From Breznakia sp. PF5-3 (GTDB lineage: Bacteria > Bacillota_I > Bacilli_A > Erysipelotrichales > Erysipelotrichaceae): a stretch of DNA of 32,000 nt. The translations under genes were made by a program, and so were the position numbers. The stretch is from the NCBI RefSeq assembly GCF_029504745.1, contig NZ_JAQFIQ010000016.1, forward strand, positions 14,215 through 46,214. Direction: 5' to 3'. Of the stretch, positions 19,325 through 27,090 are shown piece by piece. Under the pieces are notes generated by a model. That model had not been told where the DNA came from, searched no databases, and saw nothing but the letters and a program-made list of their open reading frames with translations. Each line of letters begins with the position of its first letter. Within the stretch, counting starts at the first letter, position 1.

Positions 19325-20086
19325 ATGAAAAAGCGGATAGTAATAGTCATATTAAATGTTTTCATTCTTAGTGGATGTAGATATATGAATGAAGATAGAA
19401 GCTTTACCAAAGAAGAAATAGAAGAGTCAATTTTGACGTATATGGAAGATAAATATGGAGAAAAGTTTACGATAGAAAATATTGGGTATAGTGCACCATT
19501 GGGGAATGCTGTAGAAGCATTTGTTATTTCAGAGGAAGATGAGCGAAAAAATGAAATACAAGTGAATTGGCGATATGAAGATGGGAAAGAATTAATAGAT
19601 GATAATTATACACATCTACTTTATAAAAAAGAAGCAAATGAGTTGATGGATCCATTAATTGAAGATGGGTTTAAAGAGTTTGAGTACGCAGCGTATAGTA
19701 GAATCAGTGATGATGTTCCGATTGAAAAATATGATAAGAATATATCTTTTAAAAAGATAGCGAAAACTAAGAAGGTTGGTATAGAAGTTGTTATTTTACT
19801 AAATGAGAATACAGTGGGTGAAGAAGAGAAAATTAAAGAAAAGATTCTTCAATTATATGAAGATACAAAGGATAAGACTACAGATGAAGTGCATTTTAAT
19901 ATAACTGTTTATGTTTGTGGGAATAATAATTTTTATGAGAATCAACCACTTATGCAACAGTTTAAAGAATTATATTCTTTGGATATAGGTGAAATTCCTT
20001 TCACTTTTTATGGGGCTGAGAAAGATGTAATTATTGAGTTTTTATTTAGTTCTAACGATATAGAGGAAGGGGTAGAGGAATTATGA
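19325..20086 (+). CDS. Lipoprotein, candidate immunity protein for the downstream hydrolase
   Basis: MKKRIVIVILNVFILSGC is a signal peptide with the lipobox L-S-G-C. The mature part is acidic and soluble. I prefer ATG 19325 (5 nt after GGGAG) over the track's GTG at 19319. Its stop overlaps the hydrolase start (ATGA at 20083-20086). Confidence 0.6.
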   Translation: MKKRIVIVILNVFILSGCRYMNEDRSFTKEEIEESILTYMEDKYGEKFTIENIGYSAPLGNAVEAFVISEEDERKNEIQVNWRYEDGKELIDDNYTHLLYKKEANELMDPLIEDGFKEFEYAAYSRISDDVPIEKYDKNISFKKIAKTKKVGIEVVILLNENTVGEEEKIKEKILQLYEDTKDKTTDEVHFNITVYVCGNNNFYENQPLMQQFKELYSLDIGEIPFTFYGAEKDVIIEFLFSSNDIEEGVEEL

Positions 20087-21630
20087 GTATTGAAGAAGTA
20101 CTATTGATATTGAATGCTTTGGTTTATTCAAATGGAGTCAATGAAAAAAGCATGGAAAAAAATGTATATGATTTAGTTGAAGATGGATTATTAAAACCAG
20201 ACGATGCAATTGCAACTAAAGAAGAATGGAATGCTTTGATTCGTACGATAAAACAAAATGAAACTTATTTCTCTAAAGTTAAATTGGTAGATATTGAAAG
20301 TAAAAAAGAAGCACAGAAGAATGTTACGTTTATAAATGAAAATGTTAATGCAGATAGAAAACAAGAAGTATATGTAGTTTTCAAAGGAACAGGATCATTA
20401 GAATGGCATGATAATGCGAAAGGTGCTTTGTTGATGGTACCACTTACTCCACAACAACAAAATGCTTTGAATTATGCAAATAGAATAGCTAAAGATTATA
20501 GTCAATATGATTTTATAGTCAGTGGTCATTCTAAGGGTGGAAATAAAGCACAAGTGGTTACACTTTTATGTGATAAAGTAAAAGCAGGATATTCTTTTGA
20601 TGGACAAGGAATGGGAAAAGGGTTCATGATTAAATATCGATTACAAATAGAACAAAACCAACATAAACTTGTTTCTATTTCAAATCGAAGTGATTTTGTG
20701 AATTCATTATTTAAGTCAGTAGCAGGAAAGGTGAAGTTTACGAATAATACTGGAAACTTGTTGGATTGGCTTATGAGTGGGGATAAGGATATAGCGATGC
20801 ATCAACATTCTCCATTGGCAATGTTTGAGATAAAGGATGGATATTTGCGAATGTTTGATACAAAAGGGATAAAGCAGGATTCAACTTCTTTATTTTTAGG
20901 GAATATGGTGGATTATTTTCGTGAGCATATGAGTGAAGATGATTTTGAAACGTTTGCAAATCTAGTGATGCATATGTTTGAGACTGGAGGATGTGGAGAT
21001 AAGCATTTTGATATTAAAAACATAGATCCAGAGTTTTGGGTACGATTAATAAATCATATATTGAAGTATGGAGAAGAATTAGGGATGAAGGAAAACGATA
21101 TGCTATTATTGTTGAGTAATCTATCAATCTTTATACCAGATGATAGTGTATGGGGTTATGTATTAGAAGCAATTAAGTTATTCAGAAATCCAGGAGGGAT
21201 TTTAGCAGATGCGATTATTGCAGATGAAACACCAAGACGGTTGAATGAAATAATGGTTGAGTATAATAGCAAATATAGTGAAGTGATGAAAAAGAAAGAA
21301 ATAATTCGAGATTTTAGTAGTGAAGCACAGGAAGCGATGCGAGATAGTTTGGCATGTGAAATAGATCGTTCGCAATTATCAATGGAATCAACACCAGGGT
21401 GGGGATATGTAGCAGAAATCTTATCGGATACAGGAGTGTTGGAAAGTCATCACAAAGTAGAGGAGTTATGCAATGAGTTATTGGACACATGTGAGGTAAC
21501 AGAAGCAAAGTATAATAAAATTATAGAAGAAGTATATGCGAAGGATCATGAGTTTGCACAGAGATTGAAGAAGAAAACAGATAGGATAAGAGATTATCGA
21601 GCAGTTATAAGAAAAGCGAGAAATAAATAA
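20083..21630 (+). CDS. Alpha/beta-hydrolase (lipase-like, DUF2974/Mbeg1-like GHSKGG type) with long C-terminal helical domain; candidate reverse-architecture T7SS lipase toxin
   Basis: 515 aa with no signal peptide or TM segment. N-terminal half: VVFKGTGSLEWHDN ... QQQNALNYA ... FIVSGHSKGGNKAQ (nucleophile elbow G-H-S-K-G, Ser150, codon 20530-20532) ... YSFDGQG. Residues ~270-515 are helix-rich and charged. Confidence 0.55.
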   Translation: MSIEEVLLILNALVYSNGVNEKSMEKNVYDLVEDGLLKPDDAIATKEEWNALIRTIKQNETYFSKVKLVDIESKKEAQKNVTFINENVNADRKQEVYVVFKGTGSLEWHDNAKGALLMVPLTPQQQNALNYANRIAKDYSQYDFIVSGHSKGGNKAQVVTLLCDKVKAGYSFDGQGMGKGFMIKYRLQIEQNQHKLVSISNRSDFVNSLFKSVAGKVKFTNNTGNLLDWLMSGDKDIAMHQHSPLAMFEIKDGYLRMFDTKGIKQDSTSLFLGNMVDYFREHMSEDDFETFANLVMHMFETGGCGDKHFDIKNIDPEFWVRLINHILKYGEELGMKENDMLLLLSNLSIFIPDDSVWGYVLEAIKLFRNPGGILADAIIADETPRRLNEIMVEYNSKYSEVMKKKEIIRDFSSEAQEAMRDSLACEIDRSQLSMESTPGWGYVAEILSDTGVLESHHKVEELCNELLDTCEVTEAKYNKIIEEVYAKDHEFAQRLKKKTDRIRDYRAVIRKARNK

Positions 21631-21705
21631 AAACAAAAATAAAACAATGTTTTACACATTAAATTATGATACGATATATCCTGTAAATATACTGGAGGAC
21701 GATGT

Positions 21706-22542
21706 ATGTTGAAAGTATTTATTGGTGGTATTGCTGTAGGATTGGCAAATATCATTCCCGGAGTTAGTGGTGGAACAATGATGGTTATTCTGGGGATGTT
21801 TAATCGTGTAATGAGTAGTATCGATGGTTTATTTCGCAGAAAGAATGATCATCGTTTACAAGATTTTACATTTTTATGTGTATTAGGTGTTGGAGCAGTG
21901 TTAGGATTAGTAGTGTTTGCGAAAGTCTTAGAGGTTTGTTTTACAAATTATCCTACGCAAACAATGTTTTGTTTTGTAGGAATGGTTGCTTTTTCAATCC
22001 CTACGCTTGTAAAGAAAGAAATGAAACATGATAAATTTAATATTATTCCCTTTGCTATTGGGTGCATTGTTATTTTTGGTTTGATGTTTTTTGCACCAGA
22101 ACAAAAAGATTTGGTACTAACAAGTTTTCCTGATTTAGATATTGGCTATTTATGCTTAATGGTTGTACTTGGTTTTATTGCAGGTGGTGCAATGTTTATG
22201 CCTGGTGTTAGTGGGTCAATGATATTGTTGATTTTAGGATATTACTATTTATTTAAAAGTTTGTTAGCAAATGTTACTAGTTTTCAAATGGATGTTATTA
22301 TTCCGTTAGGATTTATGGGAATTGGAATCGTGTTAGGAATTGTTTTGTGTGGTAAACTAATGAAATTCTGTTTGGATAAATTTCATGGAGTATCAATGAA
22401 TTTTATCTTAGGACTGGTAGTGGCAAGTACAATTGTATTAATTCCGATTCATGCAGAATATGATGTGTTTGTAATCGTTACATCGATTGCAGGATTATTA
22501 TTAGGTGGCGTACTTGTATTTGCATTAGAAAAATTAACATAA
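21706..22542 (+). CDS. popT: DUF368-family membrane protein (PopT-type polyprenyl-phosphate translocase family)
   Basis: 278 aa polytopic protein with duplicated IPGVSGGTMMVILG / MPGVSGSMILLILG motifs characteristic of DUF368. Confidence 0.75.
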   Translation: MLKVFIGGIAVGLANIIPGVSGGTMMVILGMFNRVMSSIDGLFRRKNDHRLQDFTFLCVLGVGAVLGLVVFAKVLEVCFTNYPTQTMFCFVGMVAFSIPTLVKKEMKHDKFNIIPFAIGCIVIFGLMFFAPEQKDLVLTSFPDLDIGYLCLMVVLGFIAGGAMFMPGVSGSMILLILGYYYLFKSLLANVTSFQMDVIIPLGFMGIGIVLGIVLCGKLMKFCLDKFHGVSMNFILGLVVASTIVLIPIHAEYDVFVIVTSIAGLLLGGVLVFALEKLT

Positions 22543-22548
22543 TGAAAA

Positions 22549-22571
22549 GCTGGAGCTAATCCAGTTTTTTT
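22549..22571 (+). terminator. Putative intrinsic terminator after the DUF368 gene
   Basis: Short stem CTGGA (22550-22554) / TCCAG (22560-22564) with loop GCTAA, followed by T7. Confidence 0.45.
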
Positions 22572-22741
22572 ATGCTTTCTTTGAAATGAATTATTCTAAA
22601 AATAAGACAAAAAGGGGAGAGTGTATCCATAAGATAGTAAATGCTAAATAAAGTGAAAGGTAAGGGAAGTAATGTTTTGAATTCATATCATAAACAACAT
22701 AGATATATGAAAAAAATCAATATCTATATATTTGACAAAAA

Positions 22742-22750
22742 TGATATAAT
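22742..22750 (+). promoter_or_regulatory. Extended -10 element (TGATATAAT) upstream of PFOR
   Basis: Perfect TGnTATAAT about 140 nt upstream of ATG 22891. An alternative weaker promoter is TTTCAT-N16-TATAAT with its -10 at 22846-22851. I cannot tell which is used. Confidence 0.35.
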
Positions 22751-22890
22751 AATTGAGGAAGAGGGTTCATGAAAAAATGAGACATATTTTTGGTTAAAAA
22801 AACGTAATTTTATTAGAAATCGCTTTCATTTGCTGGTAAATAGGTCTATAATAGGAATGTTAGAGAAAACATAAAGGAGGACATTTTTAA

Positions 22891-25800
22891 ATGGCAAAAA
22901 AATTCATGTCTATGGATGGTAATACGGCAGCTGCATATAGTTCATATGCACTAACTGAAGTAGCGGGTATATATCCAATTACCCCATCTTCGCCAATGGC
23001 TGAAGTTACCGATACATGGTCAACACAGGGGAGAGAAAATGTTTTTGGGCAACAAGTAAAGGTGAGCGAGTTGCAATCAGAAGCAGGAGCTGCAGGTGCA
23101 GTTCATGGTGCCCTTCAAGGAGGAACATTAGCAACGACGTATACAGCGTCTCAAGGATTGCTTTTAATGATTCCAAATATTTATAAAATGTCTGGTGAAT
23201 TATTACCAGGTGTAATTCATGTTGCTGCACGTGCGTTAGCAAGTAGAGCACTTAATATTTTTGGGGATCATGAAGATATTTATGCATGTCGCCAAACAGG
23301 AGCATGTATGATTGCTTCACATTCAGTGCAAGAAGCAATGGATTTGGGTGGAGTTGCGCATTTAGCTGCAATTAAAGGTAGCGTGCCATTCATACATTTC
23401 TTTGATGGTTTTAGAACATCACATGAAATTCAAAAAATTGAAACAATGGATTATGATTTCTTAAAATCACAATTGGATATGGAGGCTTTGGAAAAATTTA
23501 GAGCAAACGCTTTAAATCCTCATACAAATCCAGTAACTCGTGGTGGTGCTGAAAATGATGATATCTTCTTCCAAGGAAGAGAAGCACAAAACGAACATTA
23601 TGCAAAAGTTCCAGATATGGTTAATGACTATATGGAAGCTGTATCAAAACACACTGGAAGAAACTATGCTCCATTTACATATTATGGAGATGCAGATGCA
23701 GAAAGAATTATCATTGCGATGGGTTCTGTAACAGAAACAATCCAAGAAACAATTGATGCAATGTGTGCAGCTGGAGAAAAGGTTGGTTTAATTAAAGTTC
23801 ATTTATACCGTCCATTCTCAGCTAAATACTTATTGAGAGTATTGCCTTCAACAGTTAAGAAAATTGCTGTTTTAGACCGTACAAAAGAAATGGGTGCTAG
23901 AGAACCACTTTATTTAGATGTATTATCAGTATTAAAAGATAAAGATATTGAAATTATTGGTGGACGTTATGGATTAGGTTCAAAGGATACAACAGCTGGA
24001 CAAATTAAAGCAGTTTATGATGAACTTAAAAAAGATGCACCAAAACCTGAATTTACAATTGGTATTGAAGATGATGTAACAAATTTATCATTATCAGAAG
24101 ATAAAGACTTTAAAGTTACAAGTGATTATACTTCATGTTTGTTCTGGGGATTAGGTTCTGATGGAACCGTATCAGCAAACAAAAATGCTATTAAGATCAT
24201 TGGTGATAACACAGACTTATATGCACAAGCATATTTTGCATATGACTCTAAAAAAGCTGGTGGGGTAACACGTTCTCACTTGCGTTTTGGTAAGTCACCA
24301 ATTCGTTCAACATATTACATCAACAATGCAGACTTTATTTCATGTTCATTAGATGCATATATGTTTAAATATGATTTATTAAAATCTTTAAAAGATGGTG
24401 GAACGTTCTTGCTTAATACAACGTTCTCAAAAGATGAAATTGTTAAGCAAATGCCAAATAGAATTAAAGCTAGATTGGCAAAAAGTAATGCTAAGTTCTA
24501 TATCATTGATGCTACAGATATAGCTTCTAAAATTGGTATGGGACGTAGAACAAATACAATTCTACAATCTGCATTCTTTGCCCTTAATGAGCAAATCATG
24601 CCTTATGATAAAGCGGTTGATTTAATGAAAGAAGCAGCGAAAAAATCATATGGTAAAAAAGGTGATGATGTAGTTGAAATGAACTATAAAGCAATCGATG
24701 AAGGAAAAGCAGGACTTGTAGAAGTAAATGTTGATCCAGCATGGGCTGACTTGAAATATGATGAATTAGGTAAGACTACAGGTGACGAATACTTTGATAA
24801 ACATGTTGAACCAATCAACATGCAAATGGGAAATGATTTACCTGTTTCTGCATTCACAAAATATAACTTATTAGATGGATCAATGAGAAACAATGTAGCA
24901 TTCAAAGAAAAACGTGAAATAGCTACAGAAGTTCCAACATGGCATCCTGAAAACTGTATTCAATGTGGGTTCTGTTCATTTGTATGTCCACATGCTACAG
25001 TACGTCAATTTATGTTGACAGATGAAGAAATTGAAAAGGCACCACAAGAGTTTGAAACAATTCAAGCGATGGGTAAAGGTTGTGAAGACTTTAAATATCG
25101 TATTCAAGTTTCACCAGACAACTGTGTAGGCTGTGGACTTTGTGTTGTTGAATGTCCAGGTAAGGCTGGTAATAAAGCTCTTGAAATGGTAGAAATTCAC
25201 GAAATGATCGATGAAGCTCCATTGGCTGATTACTTATATAAAGAAACAGAACCAAAACTTGGTTACCATACTGCAAATGTTGTAAAAGAATCACAATTTA
25301 TGACACCTTACTTTGAAGTGAGTGGAGCATGTCCAGGTTGTGGGGAAACACCTTACTACCGTTTAGCTTCTCAATTATTTGGAAAAGATATGATGGTTGC
25401 AAATGCAACTGGATGTTCTTCTATCTATTGTGGTTCAACACCATCAACACCATTTATCACAGATAAGAATGGTGAAGGGGTTGCTTGGGCTAACTCATTG
25501 TTTGAAGACAATGCAGAATATGGATATGGAATGGCTTTAGCACAAACATTTAAAGAAGCTACACTTCTTGATATTATGGAACGCAACATGGATTCTGTAG
25601 AACCAGAATTAAAAGATGTATTCCAAAAATACATTGATGCAAATGGAAACCGTGATGCACAAAGAGCAGTAAAAGATGATATTATTTCTTTAGTAAAAGC
25701 ATCTAAAAATGATGATGTGAAGAAATTATTAGATTATGAACGTGACCTTGTAGGTAAGTCTGTATGGATCGTCGGTGGAGACGGATGGGCATATGATATT

Positions 25801-26400
25801 GGATATGGTGGACTTGACCATGTTCTTGCAAATGACTTAAACGTAAACATCTTAGTATTAGATACAGAAGTATACTCAAATACAGGTGGACAATCATCAA
25901 AAGCATCACAAGCAGCTAGTATTGCTAAGTTTGCTGCTGGTGGTAAAGCAACTTCTAAGAAAGACCTTGGACAAATTGCAATGGCTTATGGTCATGTATA
26001 TGTTGCAAGTATTTCAATGGGAGCAAATCGTATTCAAACATTGAAAGCATTCAAAGAAGCAGAAAGCTATGATGGACCATCATTGATTATTGCTTATGCA
26101 CCATGTATTGAACATGGAATCAAAGGTGGATTATCAAATCATCAAAAAACACAAAAAGCCGCTGTTGAATGTGGATATTGGACATTGTATCGCTATGATC
26201 CACGTAATGAAGAAAAACCTCTTACAATTGATTCAAAAGCACCAGATTTCGATAAATTCCAAGACTTTATCTTGAACGAAACACGTTATAGTCAATTAGT
26301 TAAGATTAAAGGTGAAACAGCATACAATAGCTTTGCGAAAACAAAAGCAGATGCTGAAAAACGTTATAACCGTTTATCAAAATTAGCAGAAGTGGAATAA
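22891..26400 (+). CDS. nifJ: Pyruvate:ferredoxin (flavodoxin) oxidoreductase, single-polypeptide PFOR
   Basis: 1169 aa. Two ferredoxin-type motifs (CIQCGFCSFVCP, CVGCGLCVVECP), the TPP-binding GGDGWAYDIGYGGLDH motif and a typical N-terminus MDGNTAAAY..YPITPSS. Confidence 0.95.
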   Translation: MAKKFMSMDGNTAAAYSSYALTEVAGIYPITPSSPMAEVTDTWSTQGRENVFGQQVKVSELQSEAGAAGAVHGALQGGTLATTYTASQGLLLMIPNIYKMSGELLPGVIHVAARALASRALNIFGDHEDIYACRQTGACMIASHSVQEAMDLGGVAHLAAIKGSVPFIHFFDGFRTSHEIQKIETMDYDFLKSQLDMEALEKFRANALNPHTNPVTRGGAENDDIFFQGREAQNEHYAKVPDMVNDYMEAVSKHTGRNYAPFTYYGDADAERIIIAMGSVTETIQETIDAMCAAGEKVGLIKVHLYRPFSAKYLLRVLPSTVKKIAVLDRTKEMGAREPLYLDVLSVLKDKDIEIIGGRYGLGSKDTTAGQIKAVYDELKKDAPKPEFTIGIEDDVTNLSLSEDKDFKVTSDYTSCLFWGLGSDGTVSANKNAIKIIGDNTDLYAQAYFAYDSKKAGGVTRSHLRFGKSPIRSTYYINNADFISCSLDAYMFKYDLLKSLKDGGTFLLNTTFSKDEIVKQMPNRIKARLAKSNAKFYIIDATDIASKIGMGRRTNTILQSAFFALNEQIMPYDKAVDLMKEAAKKSYGKKGDDVVEMNYKAIDEGKAGLVEVNVDPAWADLKYDELGKTTGDEYFDKHVEPINMQMGNDLPVSAFTKYNLLDGSMRNNVAFKEKREIATEVPTWHPENCIQCGFCSFVCPHATVRQFMLTDEEIEKAPQEFETIQAMGKGCEDFKYRIQVSPDNCVGCGLCVVECPGKAGNKALEMVEIHEMIDEAPLADYLYKETEPKLGYHTANVVKESQFMTPYFEVSGACPGCGETPYYRLASQLFGKDMMVANATGCSSIYCGSTPSTPFITDKNGEGVAWANSLFEDNAEYGYGMALAQTFKEATLLDIMERNMDSVEPELKDVFQKYIDANGNRDAQRAVKDDIISLVKASKNDDVKKLLDYERDLVGKSVWIVGGDGWAYDIGYGGLDHVLANDLNVNILVLDTEVYSNTGGQSSKASQAASIAKFAAGGKATSKKDLGQIAMAYGHVYVASISMGANRIQTLKAFKEAESYDGPSLIIAYAPCIEHGIKGGLSNHQKTQKAAVECGYWTLYRYDPRNEEKPLTIDSKAPDFDKFQDFILNETRYSQLVKIKGETAYNSFAKTKADAEKRYNRLSKLAEVE

Positions 26401-26410
26401 AATAAAATCT

Positions 26411-26441
26411 TCCTGAGATGAACTTCGTCTCAGGATTTTTT
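26411..26441 (+). terminator. Intrinsic terminator after PFOR
   Basis: Perfect 8-bp arms TCCTGAGA (26411-26418) and TCTCAGGA (26428-26435), followed by T6. Confidence 0.75.
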
Positions 26442-26532
26442 AATATATGTAACTTTTTAAATGCTTTTTGAGCATTCAGTGATAAGTTTAGAATATAAAT
26501 ATTTGTTATTATTTTTGATAGGAGGTGTTAAA

Positions 26533-26997
26533 ATGGCACAAATATCAAAAGTATATATAAAAGAAAAAGCAGAATGCATTACACTGACAATGCGAAAAAC
26601 AATAGATTTTATGAAAGAATATAGTGATTTTGTTGAAGAGGTTGTTGAAATACTTGAACAATATGCAGAGCAAAAGAATATTCTATTTTCTAGTGGTCTT
26701 ATGACGTGTTTTCATAATATGGAACTTGAAGCATTGGATGTTGAAATTGGATGGGAAATTCCAAAGGAAATCGAAGAAAGTGGGAATATTAAGGTGAATA
26801 GAATTTCGGCAACCAAAATTATAACTGCGATTGATCAGGGGCCATATGAAAAACAAGACCCAACATTAGAAGCTCTGTTTTCTTTTCTAAATGACATGCA
26901 GATGGTAATGAAAGGACCAATTTACTATTACTATCTTAATGGGATTGAGCAAAAACCTGAAGCTTATCTTACTGAGATGATGATTCCTATATTATAA
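26533..26997 (+). CDS. GyrI-like (SbmC/BmrR-type) small-molecule-binding domain protein
   Basis: 154 aa from ATG 26533, preceded by the SD GGAGGTG. The track's longer form from 26461 lacks an SD. The pattern is a two-repeat beta-alpha-beta-beta type with a C-terminal GPIYYYYLNG...YLTEMMIPI, typical of stand-alone GyrI-like proteins. Confidence 0.55.
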   Translation: MAQISKVYIKEKAECITLTMRKTIDFMKEYSDFVEEVVEILEQYAEQKNILFSSGLMTCFHNMELEALDVEIGWEIPKEIEESGNIKVNRISATKIITAIDQGPYEKQDPTLEALFSFLNDMQMVMKGPIYYYYLNGIEQKPEAYLTEMMIPIL

Positions 26998-27090
26998 TTT
27001 GGTATATTTATAGTAATTGATAATATTGGACAAGAAAAATCAAGAATAAGAAGTGATATTTCTTTAAAATAGCAAGTGAAAGGAGAGCTT

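Noticed and set aside
19186-21508. Minus-strand ORFs 19186..19410, 20771..20959 and 21314..21508 inside the hydrolase operon
   Set aside because: They are antisense shadows of the + strand genes. I checked them because small antisense genes could matter in a toxin locus, but they lack SDs and have implausible composition.
18221-21630. Alternative reading of the five-gene operon as an anti-phage defence system or prophage remnant
   Set aside because: I found no nuclease, ATPase/helicase, methylase, integrase or capsid/tail-like motifs. The lipoprotein plus signal-less lipase-like hydrolase plus small helical proteins fits an interbacterial toxin module better. This remains an inference.
22699-22729. 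Short inverted repeat TAGATAT...ATATCTA upstream of the PFOR promoter region
   Set aside because: It is a 7-bp AT-only repeat in AT-rich intergenic DNA, so chance occurrence is likely. It does not match any operator consensus I know (for example Rex).
22732-22750. Consensus-looking TTGACA and TATAAT upstream of PFOR
   Set aside because: The two hexamers are only 7 nt apart, so they cannot work as a -35/-10 pair. Only the TGnTATAAT extended -10 was kept, at low confidence.
22769-22780. Mini-ORF ATG AAA AAA TGA preceded by GAGGAAGAGGG in the PFOR leader
   Set aside because: With only three codons it could be a chance occurrence. Nothing else, such as an alternative hairpin, suggests attenuation.
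23006-26275. Seven short ORFs (both strands) inside the PFOR gene
   Set aside because: They are all nested within or antisense to the 1169-aa PFOR frame, whose motifs are unambiguous.
26461-26532. 24-codon N-terminal extension of the GyrI-like ORF given in the track
   Set aside because: The extension lacks an SD and starts right after the PFOR terminator. The internal ATG 26533 has the SD GGAGGTG at proper spacing.
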